A stretch of 64,000 nucleotides of DNA, taken from positions 51,296 to 115,295 of the forward strand of contig NW_003314336.1 of assembly GCF_000143415.4 (NCBI RefSeq), written 5' to 3'. How positions within the stretch are numbered: position 1 is the first letter of the stretch; every line of letters begins with the position of its first letter. This document shows, piece by piece, positions 12,138 to 23,437 of the stretch. The notes below the pieces were generated by a model. That model was not told the origin of the DNA. It worked only from the letters and a program-made list of their open reading frames with translations, and did no database searches. Source of the DNA: Selaginella moellendorffii. Its lineage: Eukaryota; Plantae; Lycopodiophyta. Made by a program: the position numbers and the translations under genes.

Positions 12138-15100
12138 CTAGTGCGTGGGCTTCAGTCCCAACTCACTAGGGCATGGTGATGGTTTGGAATATGAGGACAC
12201 TCATTTTTCGGTGGTCATGGACTATTAGTGAGGAGACTGGTTTGGGCACACCGCCAAGCGAGGGATGCCTTAGAGTCATGATGCATTGTTAGATTGCTTA
12301 ATGTGGCTCGGCATATCTAACTTGAAAACTTTGGTTAAAGTGGCATCAAGGATGTGGTGAATGAGATAGGAACACCTAGTCTTAGTGGCTATGGACCCTT
12401 GGCCGGATGGGCTGGCTTGGGTGCACCGCCAAGTGTGGGGGATGCCCCTGGCGTCATGGTCAACAATTTAAAGGTCTAGAAGATTTAGTACCTATTGGCA
12501 AACCTATTAAGATGCTAAGGTTAAATCACTAGGTGATTTTATGGCCAAAACAAGGATAAGGTCCTTGTGAGGTTAAGGGATAAAGTTTCAAGTTCAAAGT
12601 GTTGATTGGAACTATTGATGGTGGTGTGGCTTGGTCAAGGTGACCAAGTGAGAAGGACACCTAAGGGAAATGAGATATGTCAATGCGATGGCATAGTGAG
12701 TCCAAGGAAAGTAGTCTCTATAAGAGACCCATGGGAAGGTCACAAAGTTAGGCTGTGAATGAATTGTGGGAAAGACAATATGTTTCCAAGGATGGATTCC
12801 CAACTGCTCTGATTTGGCGAAAGTGGAAGCTCCAAGGAAGGGAGTGGTAAGGTAGCCAAATGATAGGGCCATGGATAGCTCTAACACAAAGTGTGATAAT
12901 TGGAACTTAATGCCTAAGGTAGCACAAAATAGAAGAGAGGATGATAGTGCCCTCAAGTAAAGAACTTCTTAGGATGGGGAAATGGAGTTGCACAATATGT
13001 GCAATGCAAGGTGTTAGAGACACCTAAGAAATTGACTTCAAGAGGTCAAAAAGTAAAAGTTCCAAAATGTAAACGTTCAATCAATGGAAACTGAGACTAC
13101 TCGAAAAGGAGTAGTGGGATTGAGATAGAGGAGGTGCCTCTAACATGTTTAGCGAGAACTAAACTAATAAACGGAGAAAACCACCATAAATGGTCAAATA
13201 AGTCTCTAAGTTGGAGAGACTATGCTCCTTAGAGGATGGACAAGGTGTGGTGAGCCTTGGGTTTTAAACCATAGACAAACTTTGGCTGGGTGCCAAGGAT
13301 GGAAATGGTAATACATGCGGGTGTTACTTTATAAAACGGGTTTACCGTTCGATGAGGACATCGAACTTCGTTTATGGGTGGTGGAGTTGTGAGACACAAA
13401 ATCCCTAGGCCCCAAAGTGAAGCCGGAAGGGCACCACGTGGTAGTGGCCGAATCGAAAGCCAAATGAGCATAACGTGTTTGGACTAAAAGCTCCGACTTG
13501 AAAGGTTGAGAGTGAGAGTGGAATTCCCAACAAAGGGTTCGAGGAATAAGCACGAAGCAAACAATAAGCGAGGCTCTAAAAAGGGACCCAAAAGGACCAA
13601 TATATGACATATAAAGGAGTCTGAGATGGAGTCCGAGAGGGACCTGAGATGGAATCTGAGATGGAGTCCGAGATGGACTGAGACGGAGTCCGAGATGGAC
13701 CGAGACGGAGTCCGAGATGGACCGAGATGGAGTCCAAGATGGAGTCCGAGACAGAGTCTGAGATGGACCAAGACGGAGTCCGAGATGGACCGAGACGGAG
13801 TCCGAGATGGACCCGAGATGAAGTCCGAGATGGACCCGAGATGGAGTCCGAGATGGAGTCTGAGATGGACCGAGATGGAGTCCGAGATGGAGTCCGAGAT
13901 GGACCCGAGATGGAATCCGAGATGGAGTCCCCGAGATGGAGTCCGAGGTCGAGACCGAGACTGGGACCGAGACTGAGACCGAGACCGGGACCCAGACGGA
14001 GACCGAGACGGAGACTGAGATCGGGACCGAGACCGAGACCCAGGCCGAGGCCGAGGCCAAGCCCGAGCTGAGTCCAAGTCCGAGTCCGAGTCCGAGTCCG
14101 AGTCCGAGTCTGAGTCTGAGTCCAAGTCCGAGTCCGAGTCCGAGTCCGAGTCCGAGTCCGAGTTTAAGTTTGAGAGGGTGAAAGCCCAAACCATTCGTCT
14201 CCCAGACCCTAGGGGGTTTGGTGAGCTCCAAAAGTATAGTAGAGGGAAGACTGCAGTGGAGCCAGTTTGGCCAAGAAAGGCCAGTTTGGCCTAGGAAGGC
14301 TATACCCAGTGTTAGGTGATGAGTTGCCCACTGGGAAGTTCAAGATTAGAGTGAACACAAACTAACAAGCGGGGTAGCTTGGTAAAGTGTTCAAGAGTCT
14401 ACTCTAGTTCCCCCGGGAGATCGACTGGTTGATGCTCCCAGTCCAAGTGTGTCACTACCTACTTGGATACTTGGTGTGGCTCAACGGAACCTCGCTCTAA
14501 GCCTATGGCTAAAGCACCCAAAGGCAAAAGGCAGGGAGAGTACCCACGAGGCTCGCGTAAGGCCACGGTGTTCCGAAATGTTGCCCCAAAGTCCCAGACT
14601 GTGAAAAGGAAGAGGAGTCATCCTCTAGTGTAGAGACCAAGGATACGGTCATGTGAGGAGGAAGTCCTAAAGGACCGAGGGACTTAGTGGTCGGGCTTGT
14701 GGGCGTTGATCCAGTGGCAGTGTTGATGAACACGACCATGGACAAAAAGGGACTTGGTGGGAACTGGAAAAGGGATATTAGGGAAGGCTAATCCTCATGT
14801 CTGTGAGCATCCTAAGGATGTTAAGGAGTGGATCTGGGATGATCACTCATGGATGGATGGCCCAGTCTTTGAGAGAGGGACTGTGATGCAGGTGGTGTTA
14901 GACCACTGGTGTGACCAAGGTGAAGGGGCATGGCCTTAGTGTAACAGGCTGATATGTCAATGGTACCTTGGGGTGTTGGTCATAGGATCGGACATGTGGA
15001 GCACTTGGACCAAGTGCAAAGGTTGAGTGGTAGGGATGCCATTCTAGGGGCTAGCAAGCCCAAGTCCGAAATAGGACTTATGGAGGTTGTGAGTGAGACT

Positions 15101-15626
15101 CCTCTAAGTGGTTGGAGGTGTGGTTAAGTGACTAAAGTAAAATGGAAAAATTAATCGCTTACATATATCATCTGTTGTATTAGCATTGGAAAGTCCCAAA
15201 AGTGGGCCTATTTTTAAGGAGTAGCATGTTGAAAGGGCATTACTCTCCACCTTAGTTCATACATGAACATGTTAGCAATGCGGTGGATAGAAAGAGGCTA
15301 ATAAAAGAACAACTTTAGGATTTTGGGAATAGTAGAAGGTTTTCCTCAGAGAGTTGAGGATGTAATCCATATAAACATTTGACTTAACAAACTGGCTAAT
15401 ATGGTTGAGGTAAACAATTACTGTTGGGATTAAAGAAAAGATAGAGACTTTGAGACAATAAAGGAGTCACAGAATTATCCTCATATGGTTGAGGATGACA
15501 CTTATATATTTGAGACTAGAGTTAATGATTGTGAGAAGTCAAATATGGATAAAGACACATGTAGGTGTGATGCCTTGAGGTCAAGTTGGTTGGTTCATGA
15601 GAACCCCTTTCCAAAAGAATCCCAAT

Positions 15627-15650
15627 ATGCTCTATTTCGTTAAAGTGGGA
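15627..15650 (+). repeat. Left TIR
   Basis: Inverse of 28839-28862 with one mismatch; the same core is at 60684. Confidence 0.9.
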
Positions 15651-16287
15651 TTTATTCAGTAAAATGGGACTAGGTACAAATTTTCAAGTATTTGAAAATG
15701 ACGTGAAATTATATGTTTTTTGTCCCGGGGCTAGACATATCTGGGGCATGGTGACTAGCGCGGTGACCTTATGTCCAGACTGAGTCCATCTAGTTGTATA
15801 ATAAATCTCATTGTCAAGGTGAACAAGCCGAATCTGAAGCTAAAGAAGAGCGATGGCATGCACGCACACACTATTTGTTTGTTCATTGAGCGTGTGGTGA
15901 GCTTTCCAAGATGAACATCATTCCTATTAGCCAGACATATAACTTAATGGTGAGAACATTTAGATATTATTCAATGTTATCTTTTTCTAACGAATCTAAT
16001 TGTGAAGGTGTAGCAAGAGGCATTGCTAGTCTGGAGAAGTCATTTAACTCATTTGACCCTTAGTGTATTTTCATGAAACTAAATAACATTCATATTATTA
16101 AGGAATTTCTTTAGTACCTTTTTTTTACGACATAGAGGCTTGCATTTCTTTCAAAGGTGATTTAGTAAAAGGCCTGAGGGCACATGCCATTCTATTTCTC
16201 AGACCGGTATTAAGATATACTAGTGTAAAGGGAAAAAAGGTATTTGGTGATCAAGTAAATGGCATGAGGGCACACGCCATTATAAGC

Positions 16288-16545
16288 CTAAGCGCTAGTG
16301 GACACCTCCTTTTTGGTACTCTCAGCGGTACTATCATCCTTCTCCGGGTCAGTTGTTTTGCTTTGGATTGTTGTCTCTGACGTTACTGGGGCGTTCTCGA
16401 TAGTTGTTAATGTTGCCGTTTGTTCAGAAAAATGATCACCTGGAGTATAGTACGGGGAGTTTGGAAGACTTATATATTCTACATCTTCACCTATCTCCTT
16501 CTCCGTCTCCTTTTCTGCCTCACTTACAGATTTTGTGCTTGCCAT
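16288..16545 (-). CDS. Small acidic, Ser/Thr/Glu-rich ORF (85 aa from its ATG), function unknown
   Basis: MASTKSVSEAEKETEKEIGEDVEYISLPNSPYY...; also open in copy 2 (ending at 61342). No recognisable domain. Confidence 0.35.
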   Translation of the reverse strand: MASTKSVSEAEKETEKEIGEDVEYISLPNSPYYTPGDHFSEQTATLTTIENAPVTSETTIQSKTTDPEKDDSTAESTKKEVSTSA

Positions 16546-17183
16546 GAGAACGCTCTTCACCCTAAAATATGGAGTTCGTTGTGTTATAAAAGGAAACCAA
16601 CACACACGCTGCAAGGGAATGATGGTACATAAAACACGTAAGCCCACAATATGGGTTTATGTGCCATTAATATGGGCCATACGCCATATTATTAGATTTA
16701 TGCACGTGTGATTGGTAAATGCATATGTCACATCATCTTTGTTTTACCTCACACACTATATCAGGCCTAATGAACCATATCACATGTGCGCACATGCTAT
16801 ATATATGGAGAAGTATTATGCAAGGATAGAAATTCAATGCATGATTGTGGAGAGCAATGGCATGAAGCCACATGCTAAATAACATTTTTGAGAAAGAATT
16901 AAAATAAAAACATGCAAACAGTACTGAGTGGACCAAGACTTAGAAGTGCACAATTGAATGAGGTATTTCTAATAAATACTTCACTCACCTCATATAGGAA
17001 TGGCTACCACTCTCAAATGGCGTATCGCCTCATGCCATCACCTCGCAATTTGTTATAACAATCCGATGAATTCATATTCGACTTGTTCACCTTGAACTTT
17101 AAGTAAGATTTGCTAGAACAACTAAGAATTTATACTTGTTATTTGTATCATCTCACCTAGGAATGGCGTAAGGCCACATGCCA

Positions 17184-20100
17184 TCACGCCTCCTCTGATT
17201 CAGATTCGGATTGTTCACCTTGAAATAAAATACATTAGAAACTTAGTAAAGGAATATTAATGAATCTCACCTTGAACCCGGGTTATGAATGCTCTTGCTG
17301 CATCTCTTGCATGGTCTGGCAAGGTGATGGTGGCACTCTACTTCCGCATCCAACCATGCACAACATTATCCACCGATATGCTCATGCTGGGATCCCTTGG
17401 ATTCAGCACCCATCTCTTTTCTAGGCAATCGTTCGTATATCCGGAACTTGGCTTGAACCACTCCACAGTTACATTGAAGGAGTTAGTTTCCGCGTCCTCC
17501 TCTGCATCAGTGATGCAGCGCCCCACCCATATCATTTGTTTTTTATTACTGGGTCTGACAAGCACGACCATTCCTTTGCAGACCTGTACTGGATTGAATG
17601 CTGAATCCGGCTTCTTGTTCCTCGGCCCACAATAGTGATCCTCAACATCGTTATCTGTCACTGCATTTCCAGAGGACATTGTTCCGCTACTATCTGGTGC
17701 TCTGGGTTCTGGCCAAAAGGACTCTTCCAATTCTTCATATACAACCGGCCCATTTTGGATAGCAGATATAATCTTCTCCTAGTATTCGAGCAAAGGCTTG
17801 CACCTCTGAAAATAGGATTCTCCACCAAACACCAACCCCCTCTTCCAGAAGGCAATATGCTATCTAATCCCGGCCACTATACTTTCCTGGTCTTTGAGTC
17901 CATCCGGGTGTATCGGCCGTGGGGAACCCTGAGGAATCATAGGTTCCCCAGTTATGGGATCTCTCTTGAAGAGTTCAATGCCGTCCACTGGCAGCCACAC
18001 TGTGTCCCATTCTCTCATCTTGTACCTCATCACTGGAGCACCGTCACACATGCTGAAATGAAACTGAAGAGGCTTGGAGTGGCCAATCAGTGTTTCGGAT
18101 CCGTCCCTGATGTAGCCTCTTACAAACCCCTTAAAGTCTGGAACCTCTGTCAGAAGTGCAGCTTCAACAGTGCCTTTGATGCAATTTTGGAATTCATCGT
18201 AGAGTTGTGGGAGGGTGAGGACATTGGATCGCCGGAGGGACTCTGCCAGGTGACTGAACATGGCATCGACGTCTTCATGAGTGTGCCCAACCATGAGAAA
18301 GCCAAGTGTAACCGTTTCAAATATGCCTTTGGCAACAAGCATCGCCAAGTACGCGAAGACGTACATGTTTTTGTTCTCACTGCCAGCATTGTCTGTTTGG
18401 AGCAGAAGATGGGGTGGAAGGCCACATCGGCCACAAGAACTTCCTTGAGATTCTGCTTCGTTTGGATGAGGCTGTGCATTCACCGGGCGACCAGCCTCGT
18501 CGGAATGGCATGAGGCCTCACGTGATAACCCTACAATCTGACGGCCAACATATTCACTGGGATGGCATGGGGCCCCACGCGATACTGCAAGCCTTTGCTC
18601 CTCCTCCAGCTGAACCCTGTATGGGGTTCGATCGACAAGGGCCTTATGCAAGGGTTGGCCGTTCAGCTCAGTCTGCGCACTTTGTAGAGACCTTAAGTGT
18701 TTTGCTAGGGACGCAATCATCATGTTTGCACCCCCGCCACCCCATAGAGGTACAAAGAAGTTCCCATAGTTCTAGGCACCATGCCCATGAGCGATTATGC
18801 CAAACAGAGACACAGGCAGCTGCATGGATGAAGAGATTGCCTTGGGGGCAGGATTGAGTCGAGGTAAGCACGTCTTTTTCTGGTCCATTTTGTCGTGGAT
18901 GATGCAGAGGTAAGAGTCAAGTCTCTCCATGGAGAGAATCCTGTTATGATAATATGTAGTCCTGCAGCTTCTCTGCTCGATGTTGTGGTCGAGCCGCCTT
19001 CTAACCAACGTCTCTCGCTCTTGAGCGCTGCAAGAATTCTTCGACGAAGCCATTTTGATAGCAGTGCACTCGTCACACTTTGAAAAGCTGGAGTACTTTC
19101 CTATACTCACATCCCTGAACCTGTTGCTCCACAATCTACTAAATCTAGATTGGCTCAGCTTCCTGTAGCCATTACTCTGGAGTTCCCGATTCACATCTTC
19201 CAATATGGCCCCCTTGGTATACATGGAAGGGAGAACTCGTTGGGTGTCTCGTGTTCCATCTTCCAAGAGGCGGGTTTTATGTGGTTGCTGCTCGCTACAT
19301 GTCTCGACAAACTTCTTGAAGATTGCCTCTCCATATACAACATGACCCCTGGTTTTGTGCGTACCGTCATTTCCATGGACTGCCTGTTGAACCCTTTGTT
19401 CCTCGAACTCAGTTTTGATTCTGTAGAATGTGGTTCGAGGGACTCCATAAATGATTCTCCATGCCTTCATGCAGACCAAACCCCTCTGGAAGACCATGCC
19501 CCCCACCTGATGTTCTGAAGCATCAACAGATGACCGTAATGCCTCATACACAAAATTGCGAGCTGCCTTCCAGGACAATGTCTTGTATCTTGCTTTCTCC
19601 TCTTCAATAGCATCCCAATCAGCATGTTGACAGCACCTCCTCTTGCAACAAGCAACTGTCGAGACCATTCGAACCTCCATCACCATTTTCTGCCTTTTCG
19701 GTTCGTTGCTTAGATCCCTTTGGCTGCGCTTTAGGAAGGTGTACTTTCTTTTCCCATGAAGAGATGTTCTGTCATCAGTTGTAGTGGTGTTTGATTGTGA
19801 ATCCTTCACATTCTCAAACACTAAGTGCCTCAATTTCCACCGCACAATGCTTCCAATAGTCAGACTGTTTTCTTTTGTGTCAACAACCTCTAAAATCGCA
19901 ACTCCAATATCATCCCAGCCCAATTCTTGATTAGCAACCGCATCTCTTGGATTGACAATTGTGGCTAAGCCCTCAGCTACCACCTCCCCCTCGGGGTTGT
20001 TTAGAAACACTTTTGCCTGAATCCATGTAGCACGGTTCTTAAGATCCACGGAGGGAACATGCGTCGCACTTGCGCTGTCCCCAACATCTGCTTTCTTCTG

Positions 20101-20344
20101 AAGATTTTTCAAGCCAACAACAACATTTACCCCGACGACCATCTCTCCTCGTTCAATAGCGACCACATTCCCATCGAAGACAGTCTCTACTGATACAGAA
20201 GCATTGCCTTCCCCAAGCCTTTGACAGTGTATAACAAAGTTCCGATCCATAGACACAAGAGTCCCTTTTGCAACTCTCTTCCCACCATTCAAAATGTAAA
20301 CCTTTTCCCCAACCCTGATCCCACCATTCAAAATGTAAACCTTT
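17184..20344 (-). pseudogene. Sola-like DDD transposase (5' end lost in the assembly gap) with 4 in-frame TAG stops
   Basis: One reading frame with KCDEC, LCIIHDKMDQ, LLLQTDNAGSENKN and FLMVGHTHEDVDAMFS. Stops at 18772-18774, 17860-17862, 17779-17781 and 17338-17340. Probable last intron 17219-17270 and stop at 17184-17186. Confidence 0.85.
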
Positions 20345-20444
20345 NNNNNNNNNNNNNNNNNNNNNNNNNNNNNNNNNNNNNNNNNNNNNNNNNNNNNNNN
20401 NNNNNNNNNNNNNNNNNNNNNNNNNNNNNNNNNNNNNNNNNNNN
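20345..20444. other. Assembly gap (100 N)
   Basis: Run of N, preceded by a 39-bp tandem duplication (starts 20281 and 20320). Confidence 1.
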
Positions 20445-20458
20445 TAGTGGTACCACTA

Positions 20459-20650
20459 ATGGGATGAGGCCTCACACTATCTTTGGCCCCTGCTAGCCTG
20501 TTGCTATGTTCCTTTTGCCTTACTGCAACTGTATATATTTTTGTGTGCGTGACTAGTCACCCATACAAAAATATATACAGTTGCAGCAAGGCAAAAGGAA
20601 TATGGCAATAGGCTAGCAGGGGCCAAAGATGGCATGAGGCCTCATGCCAT
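20459..20650. repeat. 192-bp spacerless inverted repeat (hairpin) capped by two copies of the 22-bp motif
   Basis: Centre GTGACT|AGTCAC at 20549-20560; 96-bp arms with about 10 mismatches. Confidence 0.9.
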
Positions 20651-21341
20651 CTTGATATACACACAGCTGCAGGCAAGTAAAAACATACATGACAATACGC
20701 TAGCCATGAAATTGCAAGGGCCCAAGATGGCATGTGGCCTCATGCCATTTCTAAATGTGGTCCTAAGCCATTCCATGGTGAACATACCAGGAAGCACAAG
20801 TGCCGAATATCAAGAGGAAGTGGTAGCCACACCAAAGACAGTGCCGCTCGCAACACCGCAACTACTCGTAGCGCCGCTCGCAACACCGCAACTGCTCGTA
20901 GCGCCGCTCGCACAAACTGCCACTCGCATAAACTGCCGCTCACAATGGCGCTCGCAATGCCGCAACCGCTCGTAGACGCATAAACCACAGCCCACAACGC
21001 CGCTTACACAAGCAGCGCTCACTGCGCTCAGCGGAACCAAGAACACGGCGCACAAAAATGATAGACCTAGGAATGAGTTCGAGAATTCAAAAATAACACA
21101 CGCTTGAACGTCACATCAAATCCTCTGACAAACCAGATCTTATGATTCCTCTGACAAATTTCAAACTGAGTAGCTTCTAGACTTTGCTGTCGGAGGTTGA
21201 ACTTTGTCACATCATGTCCTTGCCTCGATCCAGCTTTGCCATGTCAGTGATTCGAACTTTGCCATGCCATGTCAGCGATCCGCGCCAAGATTATTCGCCG
21301 TGTAAAGGAATAATTATGCTGTGTGTGTACGTCCATTTATG

Positions 21342-22740
21342 GCAATATAAGGCCACACGCCATTCAAAGAATAATGCTCGACATAAGGCCACACGCCATT
21401 CAAAGAATAATGCTAGTCGAGCATTTTTTGGTGCATTTTTGGGTTCAAAATTGCATGAGCCCACACGCTATAAAGTTTACCTGTACCAAAAATAGAAACA
21501 GCTTTATTTACTTGGGAATTTAAGTGGTTGAGGCATTTTTAAACTTACAAACACATGCCCTACTTACATTCCTTTGGTTGCCTAAAATTCAAAAATATTA
21601 TAAACCTTTCTTTTTGCATTTTCAATGTTTTCAATTATGGTTTTTGATTTTCGTAGGACCAGCCTAGTAATCTATTTGCATCCCGTCATGTTTATAGCTA
21701 GCTTTCGTTTGTCCCCTTCGCTAGCCTGAGATACATCTGCTCGGCATCTGCCTCTTACAGCATTTGCCCAGAAAGGGCATCTTTCTTCACGCAGCATTTG
21801 CCACATGTTTAGGGTTTAGGGTTTAGGGTTTAGGGTTTAGCAATTCAGTAGCTTGATAAACATGCAAATACAGAACTTGATGCAAAATCCTTTGATATGT
21901 CACAATGCCCCTAGGACCATAAACACATTTCAATAGAGAGGGTCCTTTCATTTCATAACTCCTTACGTAGATCTTGGTGAAACCAGAGTTAGTGAAGTTA
22001 GTTTCTTGTGATCCCGCATCTGATTGTGATGTCCCTTTGCAGTTTCGATGGAAAGGTCAATGCACACCAAACTGTAAAATCTTGGAGCAAAATAACGGTC
22101 GGATCTATGGCAAATGCCCCTGAAAGATTGTAAGGCTCGTGTGGTCTCATGTGGTGTCCGATCGAGATGCTTCTTTGCAGAGTCATCAAGAAAGACATTG
22201 TATACCATTCTGTAAAATCTAGTTGCGATCTAACGGTTGGATCTCCAGAAAACTCAAAAAAATCTCGTGCGTGTCAGAATATCCTAGGAATATACTCCTA
22301 TGTGCCCCTGAAAATGGCATGCGGCCCCACGCCATTCAAGAGATAATGCCAGATGACGCCGAGAATTTTTTGGTGCATTTCTTGGGTTCAAAATTGCATG
22401 AGCCCACACGCTATAAAGTTTATCTTTGCCAAATAGAGAAAAGTTTATCTGTGTCATGTGAGGTAGTTACAGTCCTTTGTGCTCGGCATCTGCCTCTTGC
22501 AGCATTTGCACTGAAAGGGAATTTTTCTCCATTCAGCATTTGGCCCTGAAAATGGCATGCGCCCACACGCCATTGAAGGAATAACGCCACATGACGCCTG
22601 GATTTTTGGGTTTAAAATGTTTGGGGTTTTTTGGGTTTTTTCAAAATATTTTGGGTCCAACGTTTTTTGGGTTTCTTTGGTTCAAAATTGCATGAGCCCA
22701 CACGCTATAATATTGATTTGAGAGAAAAATAGAAACAGAT
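21342..22740. repeat. Three related modules, each carrying palindrome copies, in the divergent intergenic region
   Basis: CACGCCATT...TTTT...GGTTCAAAATTGCATGAGCCCACACGCTATAA at about 21390-21475, 22325-22418 and 22565-22710. Confidence 0.8.
21808..21840 (+). repeat. Interstitial plant telomeric repeat (TTTAGGG)x4.7
   Basis: TTTAGGG four times followed by TTTAG. Confidence 0.95.
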
Positions 22741-23437
22741 AGAATTTCTTTATTTAGCTGAACATCTGCCATTTTTGGAAATACTAGATGCTTTGGAATA
22801 TCCAATCATGCATGGTATAAATATAGCGAGGGTATTAAATGATATCCCAATCATGATCTTTCTTTTGGATTTCGCGTGCATGCAGTCCGAGGAATGATGA
22901 CGTTGCGGATTTCTTTTGGATTTTGCGTGCTTGCATGCGCGCGGCAATCCAGAAATTAATGGTGGCGCCCAAGTCCGAGGAATGATGACGTGGCGGGATT
23001 ACCAACCGTTGTGACATTTCGCGCGTGTGAGGTTAGGTTTTGCATTTTGCTTTGTACTCGCGCTCGCACACTCGCACTCGCGCTCGCATCACACTCGCTC
23101 TCCCGCTCGCATCGCGCTCCCACTCGCGATCACGCTCACTTCTCTACAGGTTTCTCGTGTGCATCGGCGTCCACTCGCGCTTGCATCACACTCGCGCTCG
23201 CATCACGCTCGTGTGCATCGGCGTCCACTTCAAGACACACCCAGTTTGTAACTTCGCCGCCAACTCCGCCGCCCACTCCGCCACCCACACGCAGCCCACT
23301 TGGCGTCCCGGGAGATTTCAGCGCCACTCTCCAACTGTAAGTGGCAGAGTAGCCTTGCTGCTACGATCCGCTGCACACACAGTGCACATTCGCCAGCGAG
23401 TCCAGCCTCGATTGTCACGGCCTCCATTCGGCTTCAA

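Larger units (their letters stand above)
1114..15163 (+). mobile_element. Complete non-autonomous LTR retrotransposon of family A (LARD-like), carrying nested insertions
   Basis: 5' LTR 1114-2998 and 3' LTR 13388-15163 (TGTGAGACAC...CA). PBS TGGTATTAGAGC at 3002-3013. Polypurine tract (PPT)-like ATGGGTGGTGGAGT before 13388. 5-bp TSD TATAT at 1109-1113 and 15164-15168. No gag/pol ORF seen. Confidence 0.9.

Noticed and set aside
15627-15650. CACTA or Mutator classification of the large transposon
   Set aside because: It has no CACTA terminus and no 9-11-bp TSD. The short TSD and the DN..ENKN / GHTHEDVD motifs fit Sola better.
17635-18857. Plus-strand ORFs of 292 aa and 147 aa
   Set aside because: They are antisense shadows of the transposase with no recognisable motifs.
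20345-20496. ORF start MRPHPISGTT assigned to the transposase
   Set aside because: It is joined to the CDS only across a 100-N gap of unknown true size and derives from a palindrome copy. The real start is unresolved.
21808-21840. Chromosome end
   Set aside because: Only 33 bp long and embedded within a TIR-bounded element.
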